Positions 1 through 9,158 of a stretch of 64,000 nucleotides of DNA are shown here, piece by piece (position 1 is the stretch's first letter; each line of letters starts with the position of its first letter). Origin of the DNA: Candidatus Moraniibacteriota bacterium (GTDB lineage: Bacteria > Patescibacteriota > Minisyncoccia > Moranbacterales > UBA1568); the NCBI GenBank assembly GCA_052035095.1, contig JBPOHW010000001.1, positions 44,857-108,856 on the forward strand, read 5' to 3'. The notes below the pieces were generated by a model. That model saw only the letters and a program-made list of their open reading frames with translations, ran no database searches and was not told the DNA's origin. The position numbers and the translations under genes are program-made.

Positions 1-1350
1 GAGGATTGAGCTTGATGGAAGAAGTGTCGCGCTTGCAAAGAGAAGTGCGCCGGCAAGGAGCGTTTTCAATATGCCGGAAAAAGAAAAGGGGAGTGTGACG
101 AAACGCCGAGTGAAAATGAGGAGCGCGAGTGTTACGATGGTCGTGGTCGCGGTCGTCGCCCACGCGGCTCCGAGCGTGCCCATCAAGGGAATGAGGAATG
201 TGACGAGGAGGGCATTCCCGAGTGTTCCGAGGCCGGCGAGTGTCGCGACGAGTTTGGCGTATCCCAAGCCGATCATTCCCATCGCAACAGTATAAAAGAC
301 GGTGAGGAAAGAGAGTCCCAAGACGAGAATGCGGAAAATCGGCACGGCTTCTTGGTAAGCGCCTCCGAAGAAGAGCGTCATAACCGGTTCCGCGTAGGAA
401 AAGAGAATGATGAAAAGCGGCAAGAGAATAATCCCCGCGTATCGAAGGGCGCTCCCCAAGAGGCGAGACACCTTCTCCGGATCGCCGTCCTTTTTCAACT
501 TGGCGAGCGCGGGGAGGAGGACGATGGAGAGGGCGTAGAAGAGGTACGAAGGGAGACGCGCGAGGGTGGTTGCCGCGTTGTAGTAGCCGGTTTGCGCGTC
601 GTCGGCTATCAGGGCTTTGACGAGGTAAAGGTCGATTGAGATGAAAATTTCATAAAACAAAAGAAAGAGTGTGATGGGCCAGGCGGAAGAGAGGAGAATT
701 TTCCAGGGGAAGGTACGCGTTTCTTGATTGTGCTCGGCATTCTTGAAGGGGGTGGAAGTTTTCCGATCGAAGACTATGCCGAGAAGGAAGGTGATGAAAG
801 GTACGAGGATATAGCCGGCGATCGCGCCGTATATTTTGAAGAGAAATACGAATGGCACAATGAGCGCGACGCGGAGGATGGCGCGCGCCATTTTGAGGAT
901 CGCCTGATAGTGGAAGAGGTGGATGCCGGTAAAGTAGTAGAAATAGAACGACGAGGCGGCAAAGGCGGGAATGATGAGGGAAGAGAATTGGAAGAGTGGC
1001 GTGAGCGAGGGATCGCCCAAGAGATACGCAATGAGTGGCGCCGCAAAAAAGAAGAGCGCCGTTACGCCGGCAATAAGGAAGAATTGGAGCCTGGCGCCGG
1101 TTCGTTTGATGACACCGACCATCCCCGGATCTTTCTCGAAGTATTCACTTAGGAAGCGCGACATCGCGGTTGGGATGCCGTTCCCGATAAGAATAATCAC
1201 GGTCGTGGTGAGTGTCACGACGAGTCCGTAGCGCCCATACTCCGCCGGCCCCAAAACTCGCCCCGCGACCGAATGGATCACGTAGCCGGAAATATTGAAG
1301 AGGATTTCGGCGACGGTGAGAAAGAGGAGTGGCTTGGAGAGGGTTGACAT
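1..1350 (-). CDS. Wzx-like polysaccharide/oligosaccharide flippase (polytopic membrane protein), start at 1350, 3' end runs off the window
   Basis: Minus-strand frame is open from ATG at 1350 to the window edge. Translation MSTLSKPLLFLTVAEILFNISGYVIHSVAGRVLGPAEYGRYGLVVTLTT... is hydrophobic and multi-TM, with the N-terminal pattern of MOP/Wzx flippases. All plus-strand ORFs here are short and shift frame. Confidence 0.55.
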   Translation of the reverse strand, partial: MSTLSKPLLFLTVAEILFNISGYVIHSVAGRVLGPAEYGRYGLVVTLTTTVIILIGNGIPTAMSRFLSEYFEKDPGMVGVIKRTGARLQFFLIAGVTALFFFAAPLIAYLLGDPSLTPLFQFSSLIIPAFAASSFYFYYFTGIHLFHYQAILKMARAILRVALIVPFVFLFKIYGAIAGYILVPFITFLLGIVFDRKTSTPFKNAEHNQETRTFPWKILLSSAWPITLFLLFYEIFISIDLYLVKALIADDAQTGYYNAATTLARLPSYLFYALSIVLLPALAKLKKDGDPEKVSRLLGSALRYAGIILLPLFIILFSYAEPVMTLFFGGAYQEAVPIFRILVLGLSFLTVFYTVAMGMIGLGYAKLVATLAGLGTLGNALLVTFLIPLMGTLGAAWATTATTTIVTLALLIFTRRFVTLPFSFSGILKTLLAGALLFASATLLPSSSIL

Positions 1351-1423
1351 AAGTATTTTTCCGTTGTACTGTTTGGGTAGTTGTTTTTCCAAATTCCCTC
1401 AACTCCCAATGAGGAGATATCCA

Positions 1424-1630
1424 ATGAAGACTTTCACTAAAGTAGCAGTTTTCGTGGTCCTGGTTTTGGCGCTGTCGCCATTTGCCGGGTTCTGGATTGT
1501 AGCGCTCGTAGGTGCGGGGTTGGTGTTACTCCCTGTCGGAGCGCTTCTTGTGGCTCTCTTTCCGAAGAAAACGGAGTGGCTCTTGAATACCGTCCAAGAA
1601 AATCGGCACTATCTTATTCCCGCTGGCTAA
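1424..1630 (+). CDS. small hydrophobic membrane protein (hypothetical)
   Basis: ATG at 1424 preceded by GAGGAG. 68-aa product MKTFTKVAVFVVLVLALSPFAGFWIVALVGAGLVLLPVGALLVALF... has two TM segments. Confidence 0.35.
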   Translation: MKTFTKVAVFVVLVLALSPFAGFWIVALVGAGLVLLPVGALLVALFPKKTEWLLNTVQENRHYLIPAG

Positions 1631-2328
1631 AGCCAGCGAATAATCTCTTTTGAAATGGCGTCTTTCTCTTTCGAAGCATCGATGGTTTTTAACCACGATG
1701 CTTCTTTTTTTTGCTCCAAAAGTTCAAATTTTTTTTGGAGATATTCCAATCCCTGTTCCGGCACGCGGTCGCGTTTGAGGATGTCTTCCGGGGTGACGCG
1801 GAGGTAGAAGGCGAGGTCGGGGCGGGGAATGAGGGATAGGAGTACTCCTCCTCCCTCCGCAACCACCCCTCTCCCCTCCACGGGAGGGGAATTATTACCA
1901 CCCCGCCCTTTGGGCACCCCTCCACGGGAGGGGAAAGTACCATGCCCTTTGGGCACCCCTCCACTGGAGGGGAAGGAGAGGAAGAGGATGTTGAGGAGGG
2001 TGTCGTGGAAATAACGGTCGGAGAGGAGGAAGTCGACGCCGTTTCGCTCGAGTCTTTTTTTGAACGATCGAAAACGGAGAATATCAATGAGGAGAAAAAC
2101 TTTGCGAAGGAGGAGGGAAAAGAAAGAGGCGCGAGTGATGGCTCTTTCTTTGCCGGGTTCGAAGGATTTCCGCCCCTTGAGGTATCGCGCGATTCTATTT
2201 GCCAGTGAAAATTCGATCGCGTGAAATACGGCGACTCTTTTGCCTTCCTGTTCGAGGCGCGTTTTCAAGAGATTGAGTTGAGTGGATTTTCCCGATCCAT
2301 CGAGCCCAGAGAATACGATGAGTTTCAT
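1627..2328 (-). CDS. tmk: thymidylate kinase with a repeat-derived Gly/Pro-rich in-frame insertion
   Basis: N-terminal P-loop FSGLDGSGKSTQ and the conserved DRY...D region. A roughly 45-aa low-complexity insert (SSGGVPKGHGTFPSRGGVPKGRGGNNSPPVEGRG) is encoded by the tandem repeat at 1868-1990. Confidence 0.85.
   Translation of the reverse strand: MKLIVFSGLDGSGKSTQLNLLKTRLEQEGKRVAVFHAIEFSLANRIARYLKGRKSFEPGKERAITRASFFSLLLRKVFLLIDILRFRSFKKRLERNGVDFLLSDRYFHDTLLNILFLSFPSSGGVPKGHGTFPSRGGVPKGRGGNNSPPVEGRGVVAEGGGVLLSLIPRPDLAFYLRVTPEDILKRDRVPEQGLEYLQKKFELLEQKKEASWLKTIDASKEKDAISKEIIRWL
1868..1990. repeat. about 2.5 tandem copies of a 40-bp unit (ccctttgggcacccctccacgggaggggaa) lying inside tmk, each with a cccctcc/ggagggg hairpin
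   Basis: Direct reading of the sequence. The reading frame is preserved. Confidence 0.75.
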
Positions 2329-2340
2329 GATGAAATATAA

Positions 2341-2476
2341 GCACCAAATTCAAAATTACAAGCTCCAAATAAATCTCAAATTCCAATTTTTAGAACAAAA
2401 CAATTTTTTTAGATGCCTCATTTAAATACTTGAGATTTGGCATTTATTTGGAACTTGAAATTTTGGATTTGGAATC
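2341..2476. repeat. family-1 palindromic intergenic element (about 135 bp, terminal inverted repeats gcaccaaattcaaaatt...aattttggatttgg), copy 1
   Basis: Left arm caccaaattcaaaattacaagctccaaataaatctcaaat. Right arm catttatttggaacttgaaattttggatttgg is its imperfect reverse complement. Same architecture at 7052, 42575, 53336 and 54166. Confidence 0.75.
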
Positions 2477-2488
2477 TTTTTTTGATTT

Positions 2489-2932
2489 TCACTCCCCGAT
2501 GATTTGGAGAGCGACTTCGCGCGGGCGGGCGCGGTCGAGTTCGAGGGCGAAGACTCTCTGCCAGCGACCGAATTGGAGCTTGGAGTCGACGATGTTGAGG
2601 ATTTGCGAGGGGGAAAGGAGAAGCGCTTTGCAATGCGAATGACCATTTTGACATTCGCCGTCGCACATATTGACGGTGCGGATTTCAAAGTTGTCATGAT
2701 CGTATTCGAGAGTCTCGGGGGCGACGCGTTCGAGCATTTTTTTCATATCGCCAATGAGGAGCGGCTCCGCTTCATTGACGATAATCGCCATCGTCGTGTG
2801 AAGGCTTTGGATATTTACGATGCCATTTTTGATGCCGCACGTTTTGATCGCGGAAAGAACATCATCCGTAATGTCGATAAATTCAAGCGTTGCTTTCGTC
2901 GCGAGCTTGATCACGTGATTCATGATTTTCAT
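2489..2932 (-). CDS. yjbQ: YjbQ/UPF0047 family protein (secondary thiamine-phosphate synthase-like)
   Basis: Segments ...ATKATLEFIDITDDVLSAI... and ...HSHCKALLLSPS... are typical of the YjbQ family. Start chosen at an internal Met; the ORF extends to 2956. Confidence 0.7.
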   Translation of the reverse strand: MKIMNHVIKLATKATLEFIDITDDVLSAIKTCGIKNGIVNIQSLHTTMAIIVNEAEPLLIGDMKKMLERVAPETLEYDHDNFEIRTVNMCDGECQNGHSHCKALLLSPSQILNIVDSKLQFGRWQRVFALELDRARPREVALQIIGE

Positions 2933-3024
2933 AGTATTGTAGATAGGGACGAACAATCACTCACCCTGTATGAATAGATCAATTATTTTCTGAATGCCGA
3001 TAGCAGAAAGCGGAAAGCTGGAAC

Positions 3025-4545
3025 CTAGTACATTATGACAGCAATCGGTTGCAGGCGGGCGACGGGGGTGGCGATGGCGTTTTCTTGGACACTTGCTATA
3101 ACGTCCTCGGCGCGTTTGTAGTGGGAGGCGTCTTGTTCTATTACCTTCGAGGATTTCCCATTGTACAACCGAACACCTTTGGTTTCAAGTTTCCATTTGA
3201 GCTCGGTTTTGTTTTCGGGAATGACGGAATCGGTTTTCTCCTTGGACTTTCCGGCGCCATGGTTACAGGAATAGAATCCGGAAGTATTCTCGTCTGTCCC
3301 GACGGCGAGGTAGGCTTCGGTGGACATCGAAGTGGGGATGAAGGCGGGTTCGCCCGTCTCGCGAAAGACCGGGTGATCGCTCATACGAGAGGGTCCATAG
3401 GCGCGGCTGGTGCCATTTCGGTGTACCCACACGTTTTCTCCATAGTGCTCTTCCTTGGAGACCAAGATATGCGGCATATCGTAGAGGAGTTCGAACGCGG
3501 GATCGCGGTGGAGCGTTTTCTTGATGGTCTCACTTATGTTGTGCGCGATGACGGCGCGATTCGCGTGGGCGAAATTGGAACAGGCGTTCCGCGCTCTCAT
3601 ATAGAGCTCGCCATCCTCGCCCTCGCCGAGAAAGGTGATGAGGGGTTCTTTCTTTCCGAAGTCGGACTCGCGGATTTTTTGCGCGATAGCATTGATTGTC
3701 TTCCGATGCGGTGTGTTCCAGAAAAAACGGCCGATATTCATCATGACGGCGGTCGAAAAGTGCTCACGCTTTTTCGCTGTGTACATATACATCGTGTACT
3801 GCCCCAAGATGCCCGAGCCGCAGTGGATCATAAAGAGGTAGTCGCCGTTTTTGACACCAAGCTTCTTGGCTTTTTCTTCATCTTCAATCCCGGTTACTTT
3901 CATCAGGTCGAGGAAGTGATTGCCGGCGGCGCCCAGGATGCCGGCGCGGAATTGAGCGAAGAAAAGAAAGAGTGGCGGAATGGCACCAAAGATATCGCGG
4001 CGGGACATTTCTTTCCCGAAGAAGTTTCCGCGGTCGAGTGAATTTTCCGCTTCGAATTTTGTCGCGATGCCGAGATGATCGATGAGCGGCGCGATGCCTT
4101 TGCGGCAGATATCGACGATGACGTGAAAGGGGAGATAGGTACCGAGGTATGCTTTGGTGGGGACATTGGGGACGAGCGCCTCGAAAAGCCGGTGGATGTC
4201 TTCGGATGTCGTATTCGATTCGTTCAAGTTCGTCCGGACGAGTCGCATCCCACACGCCGGATCGGAGTCGTTTACCTGCGGCAAAATGTATCGCTCCGAA
4301 GCAATCGTCGTGCCGGTCGCGTTCTTTCGCCCGGGCTTGGAGTGCACGTCCGCCATCGCCGCGATGTGATGGAAACACGCGTCATTTGACGCGACGCTCT
4401 CGAGTTGTTCGAGGGTCGCCTCATTTGGCATGAGCGCCTCCTGCACATGAAACACCACCGGCACTTTCATGCGGTCCGTCTTCATCTCGCGGCGGTAGGG
4501 GGTAGTTTCGGTAATTACTCTTGACATATTTCTAAATTTATGCAA
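3025..4545 (-). CDS. rtcB: RtcB-family RNA 3'-phosphate ligase
   Basis: 506 aa with conserved SCNHGAGK (the NHGAG(R/K) motif). Overall pattern including the His-rich metal site matches RtcB. GGAG lies 6 nt upstream of the ATG at 4545. Confidence 0.85.
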   Translation of the reverse strand: MHKFRNMSRVITETTPYRREMKTDRMKVPVVFHVQEALMPNEATLEQLESVASNDACFHHIAAMADVHSKPGRKNATGTTIASERYILPQVNDSDPACGMRLVRTNLNESNTTSEDIHRLFEALVPNVPTKAYLGTYLPFHVIVDICRKGIAPLIDHLGIATKFEAENSLDRGNFFGKEMSRRDIFGAIPPLFLFFAQFRAGILGAAGNHFLDLMKVTGIEDEEKAKKLGVKNGDYLFMIHCGSGILGQYTMYMYTAKKREHFSTAVMMNIGRFFWNTPHRKTINAIAQKIRESDFGKKEPLITFLGEGEDGELYMRARNACSNFAHANRAVIAHNISETIKKTLHRDPAFELLYDMPHILVSKEEHYGENVWVHRNGTSRAYGPSRMSDHPVFRETGEPAFIPTSMSTEAYLAVGTDENTSGFYSCNHGAGKSKEKTDSVIPENKTELKWKLETKGVRLYNGKSSKVIEQDASHYKRAEDVIASVQENAIATPVARLQPIAVIMY

Positions 4546-4601
4546 TACTCCTTTTGGTGCCGGCAGTGATCGGCGTGTACCTTGAGAATTTGGAGATTTC
4601 C

Positions 4602-5093
4602 ATGAATGCTGTTAAGGCTGGTTATCTGAGTATGTGGCTAGAGAAGGGCAATCTTCTTGTTGTGAGATTCCCAAGGAACGGACCATATATCGAATCGATC
4701 TCGCTTTTTTCTGGTTCGCGTCGTATTACCGATTGGCGCAATTCGTGTTCGTACGGTGAGGACGAGTATATGGGGTTATCACTATGGGAAGCCTTGCATG
4801 GAGACGAAAAGGACGTGGCTATGGAGAGGGAAGTTGTGTTTGCTTTTGTTCAGCTTCCTCCCGGTCAAAAATTCTGGATACGTGTGAATTATGGCGGATA
4901 TCCGGAAAGTGATTGGGATTTCTCTGCTACAATCTCAGAATTTAGCTTTTACTGCTTAGCATTCTGCACACAGTACCTCTCTTTAAAGCTGAAGTGCAGC
5001 GTGGACATCCGCTTTTATGACCAGGATTACTGGGAATCTTCTGATAGGAAGAAACTTTCGTGCATCCCGCCCTGTTTAAGAAAGCCGCTATAA
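4602..5093 (+). CDS. hypothetical protein
   Basis: ATG at 4602 with a GGAG RBS. No recognisable motifs. Its 3' end overlaps the convergent GT4 gene by about 67 nt, so the call is doubtful. Confidence 0.3.
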   Translation: MNAVKAGYLSMWLEKGNLLVVRFPRNGPYIESISLFSGSRRITDWRNSCSYGEDEYMGLSLWEALHGDEKDVAMEREVVFAFVQLPPGQKFWIRVNYGGYPESDWDFSATISEFSFYCLAFCTQYLSLKLKCSVDIRFYDQDYWESSDRKKLSCIPPCLRKPL

Positions 5094-6226
5094 GCATCCA
5101 TATATCTCTCCGCAGTCTCTCTGAGGTTAAATGACCTTTCTACAAACGCTCTCGCATCCGTGCTGAGGGCGTTTCTTTTTGTCTCGTCATGGCGGAGGCT
5201 CTCGATCGCACGCCAGAGAGCATCCCCGTCTCCTCGGGGAATAGTAACAGAAATATTGGGGTTTGAAAACTCTCTGAAGAGCGGGAGGTCGGAGAGGATG
5301 ACGGGTTTTCCGGATGCGTAGGCTTCGAGGATGGCGAGAGGGATATCGAATTTGCCATGCATATCGGCGACCGGGAAGGTGATGATGTCGGCGACGGAGT
5401 AGAGCGCGGCGACATCGAAGACGGTGTCGCTAAAGCGGATGTGTTCGAGGATGCCGGCTTCGCGGAATTTTTGTTGAATTGCTTCTTTTTTCTTCCGGTC
5501 CGCGTCGTTTTTGACACGGAGGGCGAAGAGGAATTTGAAAGGGGAGGAAGGGGTTGAATGGAGGGAATGGGATGAAAGAGAGAAACGGCGAACCAACATA
5601 TCAACAATCATATCGGTTGCGCCCAGGCGGGCGTATTCACCGACGTAGGAGACGACGAAATCGTCGGGGGAGAGGTTGAGTTTTTTGAGGGTTTCGGGAT
5701 TCTTGGGGCGCGGCGCGAATCGTTCGAGATCGATGCCCGGATATATTCTTTCGACATTTGAGAATCCCGCTTCTTCGAGTTTTTGCCTGGAATGATCCGT
5801 GTAGGTGATGAGGCGGTCGGCGAAGAACATCTGTTTCCAGTCGTTCGCGTCCCAGCGTTCTTCGCGGAGGGTCGCAATGGTTTGGATGGTCTTCGGGCGT
5901 TTCCACGTGAAGTTTTTGAGGAGAAAGGAATTGAAAGGAGTCGGTGTGAAGAGGTAGTGGACAATATCGAAGCGGTGACTCTGAGTGAAAAGAAACATCG
6001 CGAGGCGCATTTTGGCTTTAAGGTCAAAGTGTCCGCTCCCAAAAATCGGGTGTTGGACGCAGTTTGCCCCCAGCTCCTCGAGCGTTTCATCAGTCGTCAA
6101 GAGGTGAAACTCAAGTTCGGGATCTCGAATACTCTTTGCCAAAAAATACGCGAAATTCTTCGACGCCTCATCCCATGGCGGGACGAGCGGGCGTGTCGCG
6201 AGGAGGATTTTAATCGGCATTGACAT
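5027..6226 (-). CDS. glycosyltransferase family 4 (GT-B, GT1 domain)
   Basis: C-terminal GT1 domain pattern ...EAYASGKPVILSDLPLFREF... and E-x7-E-like region. 399 aa. Confidence 0.8.
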   Translation of the reverse strand: MSMPIKILLATRPLVPPWDEASKNFAYFLAKSIRDPELEFHLLTTDETLEELGANCVQHPIFGSGHFDLKAKMRLAMFLFTQSHRFDIVHYLFTPTPFNSFLLKNFTWKRPKTIQTIATLREERWDANDWKQMFFADRLITYTDHSRQKLEEAGFSNVERIYPGIDLERFAPRPKNPETLKKLNLSPDDFVVSYVGEYARLGATDMIVDMLVRRFSLSSHSLHSTPSSPFKFLFALRVKNDADRKKKEAIQQKFREAGILEHIRFSDTVFDVAALYSVADIITFPVADMHGKFDIPLAILEAYASGKPVILSDLPLFREFSNPNISVTIPRGDGDALWRAIESLRHDETKRNALSTDARAFVERSFNLRETAERYMDAYSGFLKQGGMHESFFLSEDSQ

Positions 6227-6295
6227 ATATATAAATATATTCTATAATAGTTTTGGTTTTCTATCCTCAACTGACTGTGCTTGAGGGGGTTTTCC

Positions 6296-6589
6296 ATGAA
6301 TAGTACCGGATGGCTGGTTCTTTACTATCTTGTGTTACTTGTCCACTACCCCGGATTAGCATACCTCTTTTTTTTCGTAGTTCCTCGATTTTTAGGAATC
6401 GGATTTTTTAAGGCAGCTTGTCTGTGGTTTGTAGTGTGGCTTTGTTCAGGCCTAATTTTTAATGGCTGTATCTTCACTTATTTGGAGGAATACTGTGAGC
6501 TAAAAGCCGGGGTGAGGACTGAAATAGCCTACAACTTTAAAGAAAGCTTTGCCTATAAAGTCGTCTGGAGTTCCTTTGGTTGTCGCTAG
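6296..6589 (+). CDS. small membrane protein (hypothetical)
   Basis: ATG at 6296 preceded by GAGGGGG. Product has three hydrophobic segments. Confidence 0.4.
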   Translation: MNSTGWLVLYYLVLLVHYPGLAYLFFFVVPRFLGIGFFKAACLWFVVWLCSGLIFNGCIFTYLEEYCELKAGVRTEIAYNFKESFAYKVVWSSFGCR

Positions 6590-6600
6590 TTTTTTGAAGA

Positions 6601-6635
6601 GATCTGTTTTGCGGGTCTCTTTTTTTATCGTTTGC
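6601..6635 (+). terminator. putative rho-independent terminator (agaga...tctct stem followed by a T7 run)
   Basis: gaagagatctgttttgcgggtctcttttttt. Confidence 0.35.
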
Positions 6636-6660
6636 TTTTTCGATTGCTTTATATTTTCCT

Positions 6661-7035
6661 CTATCTCTTATAAATCTCCTTCCTCTTGGTTATATCTTTG
6701 CTGGTTTTGTTTATCTCTCCTTCCGTCCACACATTCACGCGGGCGGATTTTTTGTCGGGATTCCGGATGAGGATGGTTTGACCGTTCGCGCCGCTTATGG
6801 TGAAGGAAGTCGATTCGACGAGTGTGTCACCCACTGTGACTTCGTAGAAAAACGTTTTGGTCGTGCCGAAGTTTGAAACGGAGAAACTCGCGTCGGTCGG
6901 TTCCTGCGAGGCAAAGGAGAGCGACCACCAGTCGTGATTCGCCGGATCGGCAAGGTATGATTCGCGGAAAGCGAGCGCGACAAAGGCGATGAGGAGGGAG
7001 AGGGCAAGGATGAGGAGGATATTTTTTTCTTTCAT
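6661..7035 (-). CDS. small exported or membrane-anchored protein (hypothetical)
   Basis: N-terminal signal/TM MKEKNILLILALSLLIAFVALAF followed by a hydrophilic domain. Confidence 0.5.
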   Translation of the reverse strand: MKEKNILLILALSLLIAFVALAFRESYLADPANHDWWSLSFASQEPTDASFSVSNFGTTKTFFYEVTVGDTLVESTSFTISGANGQTILIRNPDKKSARVNVWTEGEINKTSKDITKRKEIYKR

Positions 7036-7051
7036 ACAAGGAATATTAAAA

Positions 7052-7188
7052 AAATTCCAAATTCAAAATTTCAAGTTCCAAATAAATCTCAAATCTCAAT
7101 TTTCGAAACAAAATCATTTTTTCAAGCGTCTCTTTTGAATATTTGTTATTTGGTGCTTATTTGGAACTTGAAATTTTGAATTTGGTGC
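7052..7188. repeat. family-1 palindromic element, copy 2
   Basis: attccaaattcaaaatttcaagttccaaataaatctcaaat ... gcttatttggaacttgaaattttgaatttggtgc. Confidence 0.75.
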
Positions 7189-7193
7189 TTTTC

Positions 7194-9158
7194 TTATTGA
7201 GCCATTTTGTATACCGCGATATCGTCCGAAATATAGAGGAGGGACATTTCTTTAGCCTTGTTGAATTGGGCGCCGTCTACGTGGGGATTGACGACGACGG
7301 TATCAACGCCGGTGCTGTCAAAACAGGCTTTTCCTTTGGGGGTGTTGGGGGCGGAAATCATAAGGAGCGTGCACTGTTCGCGGAGGGTCACCTCGTCAGT
7401 GTAGCGGCGCAGATATCCGCGCGAGAGCGGATAGGAATAGTCGCGCATAAAGGAAAGCTTCATCCAGGAGTCGGCGACGATATAGTTGTGATCCTTGAGT
7501 ATCCATTCGTCCGGCGCGGTTCTCGCGGCGAGCCATCGGGAGGCGACAAATGTTTGAACGGCGTTTTTCGCGTTCGACTCTTTCGGGAGCGTACTCGCAT
7601 TGTCAAAAAATCCGCCGGTAACGGTTGCTATGAGAAGAAGCATAAACGACCACTGGAGAATACTCGTGCTCCCTCCGAGCGGTGTTGATTCAACTCCTTT
7701 TTGTTTTTGCAGGAAAAGCGCGGCAAGCGCGTATGCCGAGAGGATGGCCGCCGGAAAGGTCGCGTAGGTGCCGATGCGGTTTGAAGGGATATCGAGGAAG
7801 ACGAGGTGAGGGAAGAGCGCCATAACGATAAGTCCCACGCTCCAGCCTAAAAGCACGGAGGCTCCGAGCGTTTTCCGTAGGGGCGAGAGAAGGAGGAGCG
7901 CGATACCGACCAGTTCGAGTCCGAGGCGCGCGCCGCCGACACTCTGCGCGAGCTGGTCGAAGGTGATCCCTTCGCGGGTTGATTTGGAGGGGCTCCCGAG
8001 CGCGGTGTCGATCGCTTCGATATCGAGATAGGTCGGCGTATAGACAAAGAGGATGACGATAACGAGAAAAATAATCGCAAGAATCGGCGCCGGCGAAATG
8101 AACAGCGCGAGCCAGTCTCGTATTTTTGAGAAGGCGTCTTTTCGATTGAGCGCGACAAAAACGATGAGGACAGAGAGCGTGATGTATAAAAAGATCAGCA
8201 TTGAGAGATGATGCGTGAAGGCGAGCGTGCCCGTGAGGAGAAGCGCGAGCATGAGAAACGCGGCGCTTTTTTCTCGAAACGCGCGCAGGAGCGCGAGGAT
8301 GATCGCGGGAATGAGGAGGTTTCCAAGGAGATTTCCGACGACGCCGCCCGAGACATATTTGGCTTCAGGCGAGGAAAGCGCCCAGAGAGGGCCGACACAG
8401 AGAAGTATGAGAATCATCCCTCGACGCGCGAGCGTTGCAGTCGTGAACACCTCGCTAAAGAGGTGATAGGTGAGAATCGAAAGCGTGAGAATTGTCAGGA
8501 TATTTGCCGCGAGAAGGAAGAGCGAGGGAAAAGCGGAAGCGACATCGAGACCGGAGACGAGCGAGATGGCCGCGAAGGGGAGGTGTTCGCCGACGACGAA
8601 GTCATCAATCGGCTCGGGCGCCGTGAGCGTGTTCGATTCGTCTTTGAAGGCGATATTGATCTTCTCGTATTCCGGAACGGTTCCCTCGATCGCTATTTTC
8701 TTCGCCCAGAACATATGGTGTCCCAAGTCAGTTGAGGTGGGGAGAATGCCATCCCAGAGATACACTGACTTGATACATATCGTGAGTACGATCAGTCCGA
8801 TGAAGAGGATGCTTTCTTTTTTCGAAAACGAAAGACCGTGAATCCATTCGGGAAGTGAGAGTGAAAGCTTTGGGCGTTTCACGGAGTGGACCAAGATGGA
8901 AAGGGAAATCACGGAAACGATGCCGACGAGCCCGAGGAGGGAAATACGGGAAATCGGTATGCCGACCTTTGAGAGGAAGAGCATACCGAAATCGAGTATC
9001 GAGAGACCGAGGGCGAAAGAGAAAATCGCGAATTCAAAAATGGAAAACTTCCGCAATCCGCTTCGGAAAAGCACGAGAAACAACAAACTACCCGGAACAA
9101 AAAAAAGTCCGACGAGCGCAAGGAGAAAATTCAGGATGTTTAGAGATGTATCAATCAT
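7194..9158 (-). CDS. large polytopic membrane protein, putative GT-C fold glycosyltransferase (PMT/ArnT/YfhO-like)
   Basis: More than 12 predicted TM segments followed by a roughly 150-aa soluble C-terminal domain. Start taken at internal MIDTSLNILNFLL (overlaps the upstream GT4 stop by 8 nt); the ORF extends to 9290. Confidence 0.55.
   Translation of the reverse strand: MIDTSLNILNFLLALVGLFFVPGSLLFLVLFRSGLRKFSIFEFAIFSFALGLSILDFGMLFLSKVGIPISRISLLGLVGIVSVISLSILVHSVKRPKLSLSLPEWIHGLSFSKKESILFIGLIVLTICIKSVYLWDGILPTSTDLGHHMFWAKKIAIEGTVPEYEKINIAFKDESNTLTAPEPIDDFVVGEHLPFAAISLVSGLDVASAFPSLFLLAANILTILTLSILTYHLFSEVFTTATLARRGMILILLCVGPLWALSSPEAKYVSGGVVGNLLGNLLIPAIILALLRAFREKSAAFLMLALLLTGTLAFTHHLSMLIFLYITLSVLIVFVALNRKDAFSKIRDWLALFISPAPILAIIFLVIVILFVYTPTYLDIEAIDTALGSPSKSTREGITFDQLAQSVGGARLGLELVGIALLLLSPLRKTLGASVLLGWSVGLIVMALFPHLVFLDIPSNRIGTYATFPAAILSAYALAALFLQKQKGVESTPLGGSTSILQWSFMLLLIATVTGGFFDNASTLPKESNAKNAVQTFVASRWLAARTAPDEWILKDHNYIVADSWMKLSFMRDYSYPLSRGYLRRYTDEVTLREQCTLLMISAPNTPKGKACFDSTGVDTVVVNPHVDGAQFNKAKEMSLLYISDDIAVYKMAQ

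Noticed and set aside
3049-4041. 330-aa plus-strand ORF
   Set aside because: Antisense to rtcB.
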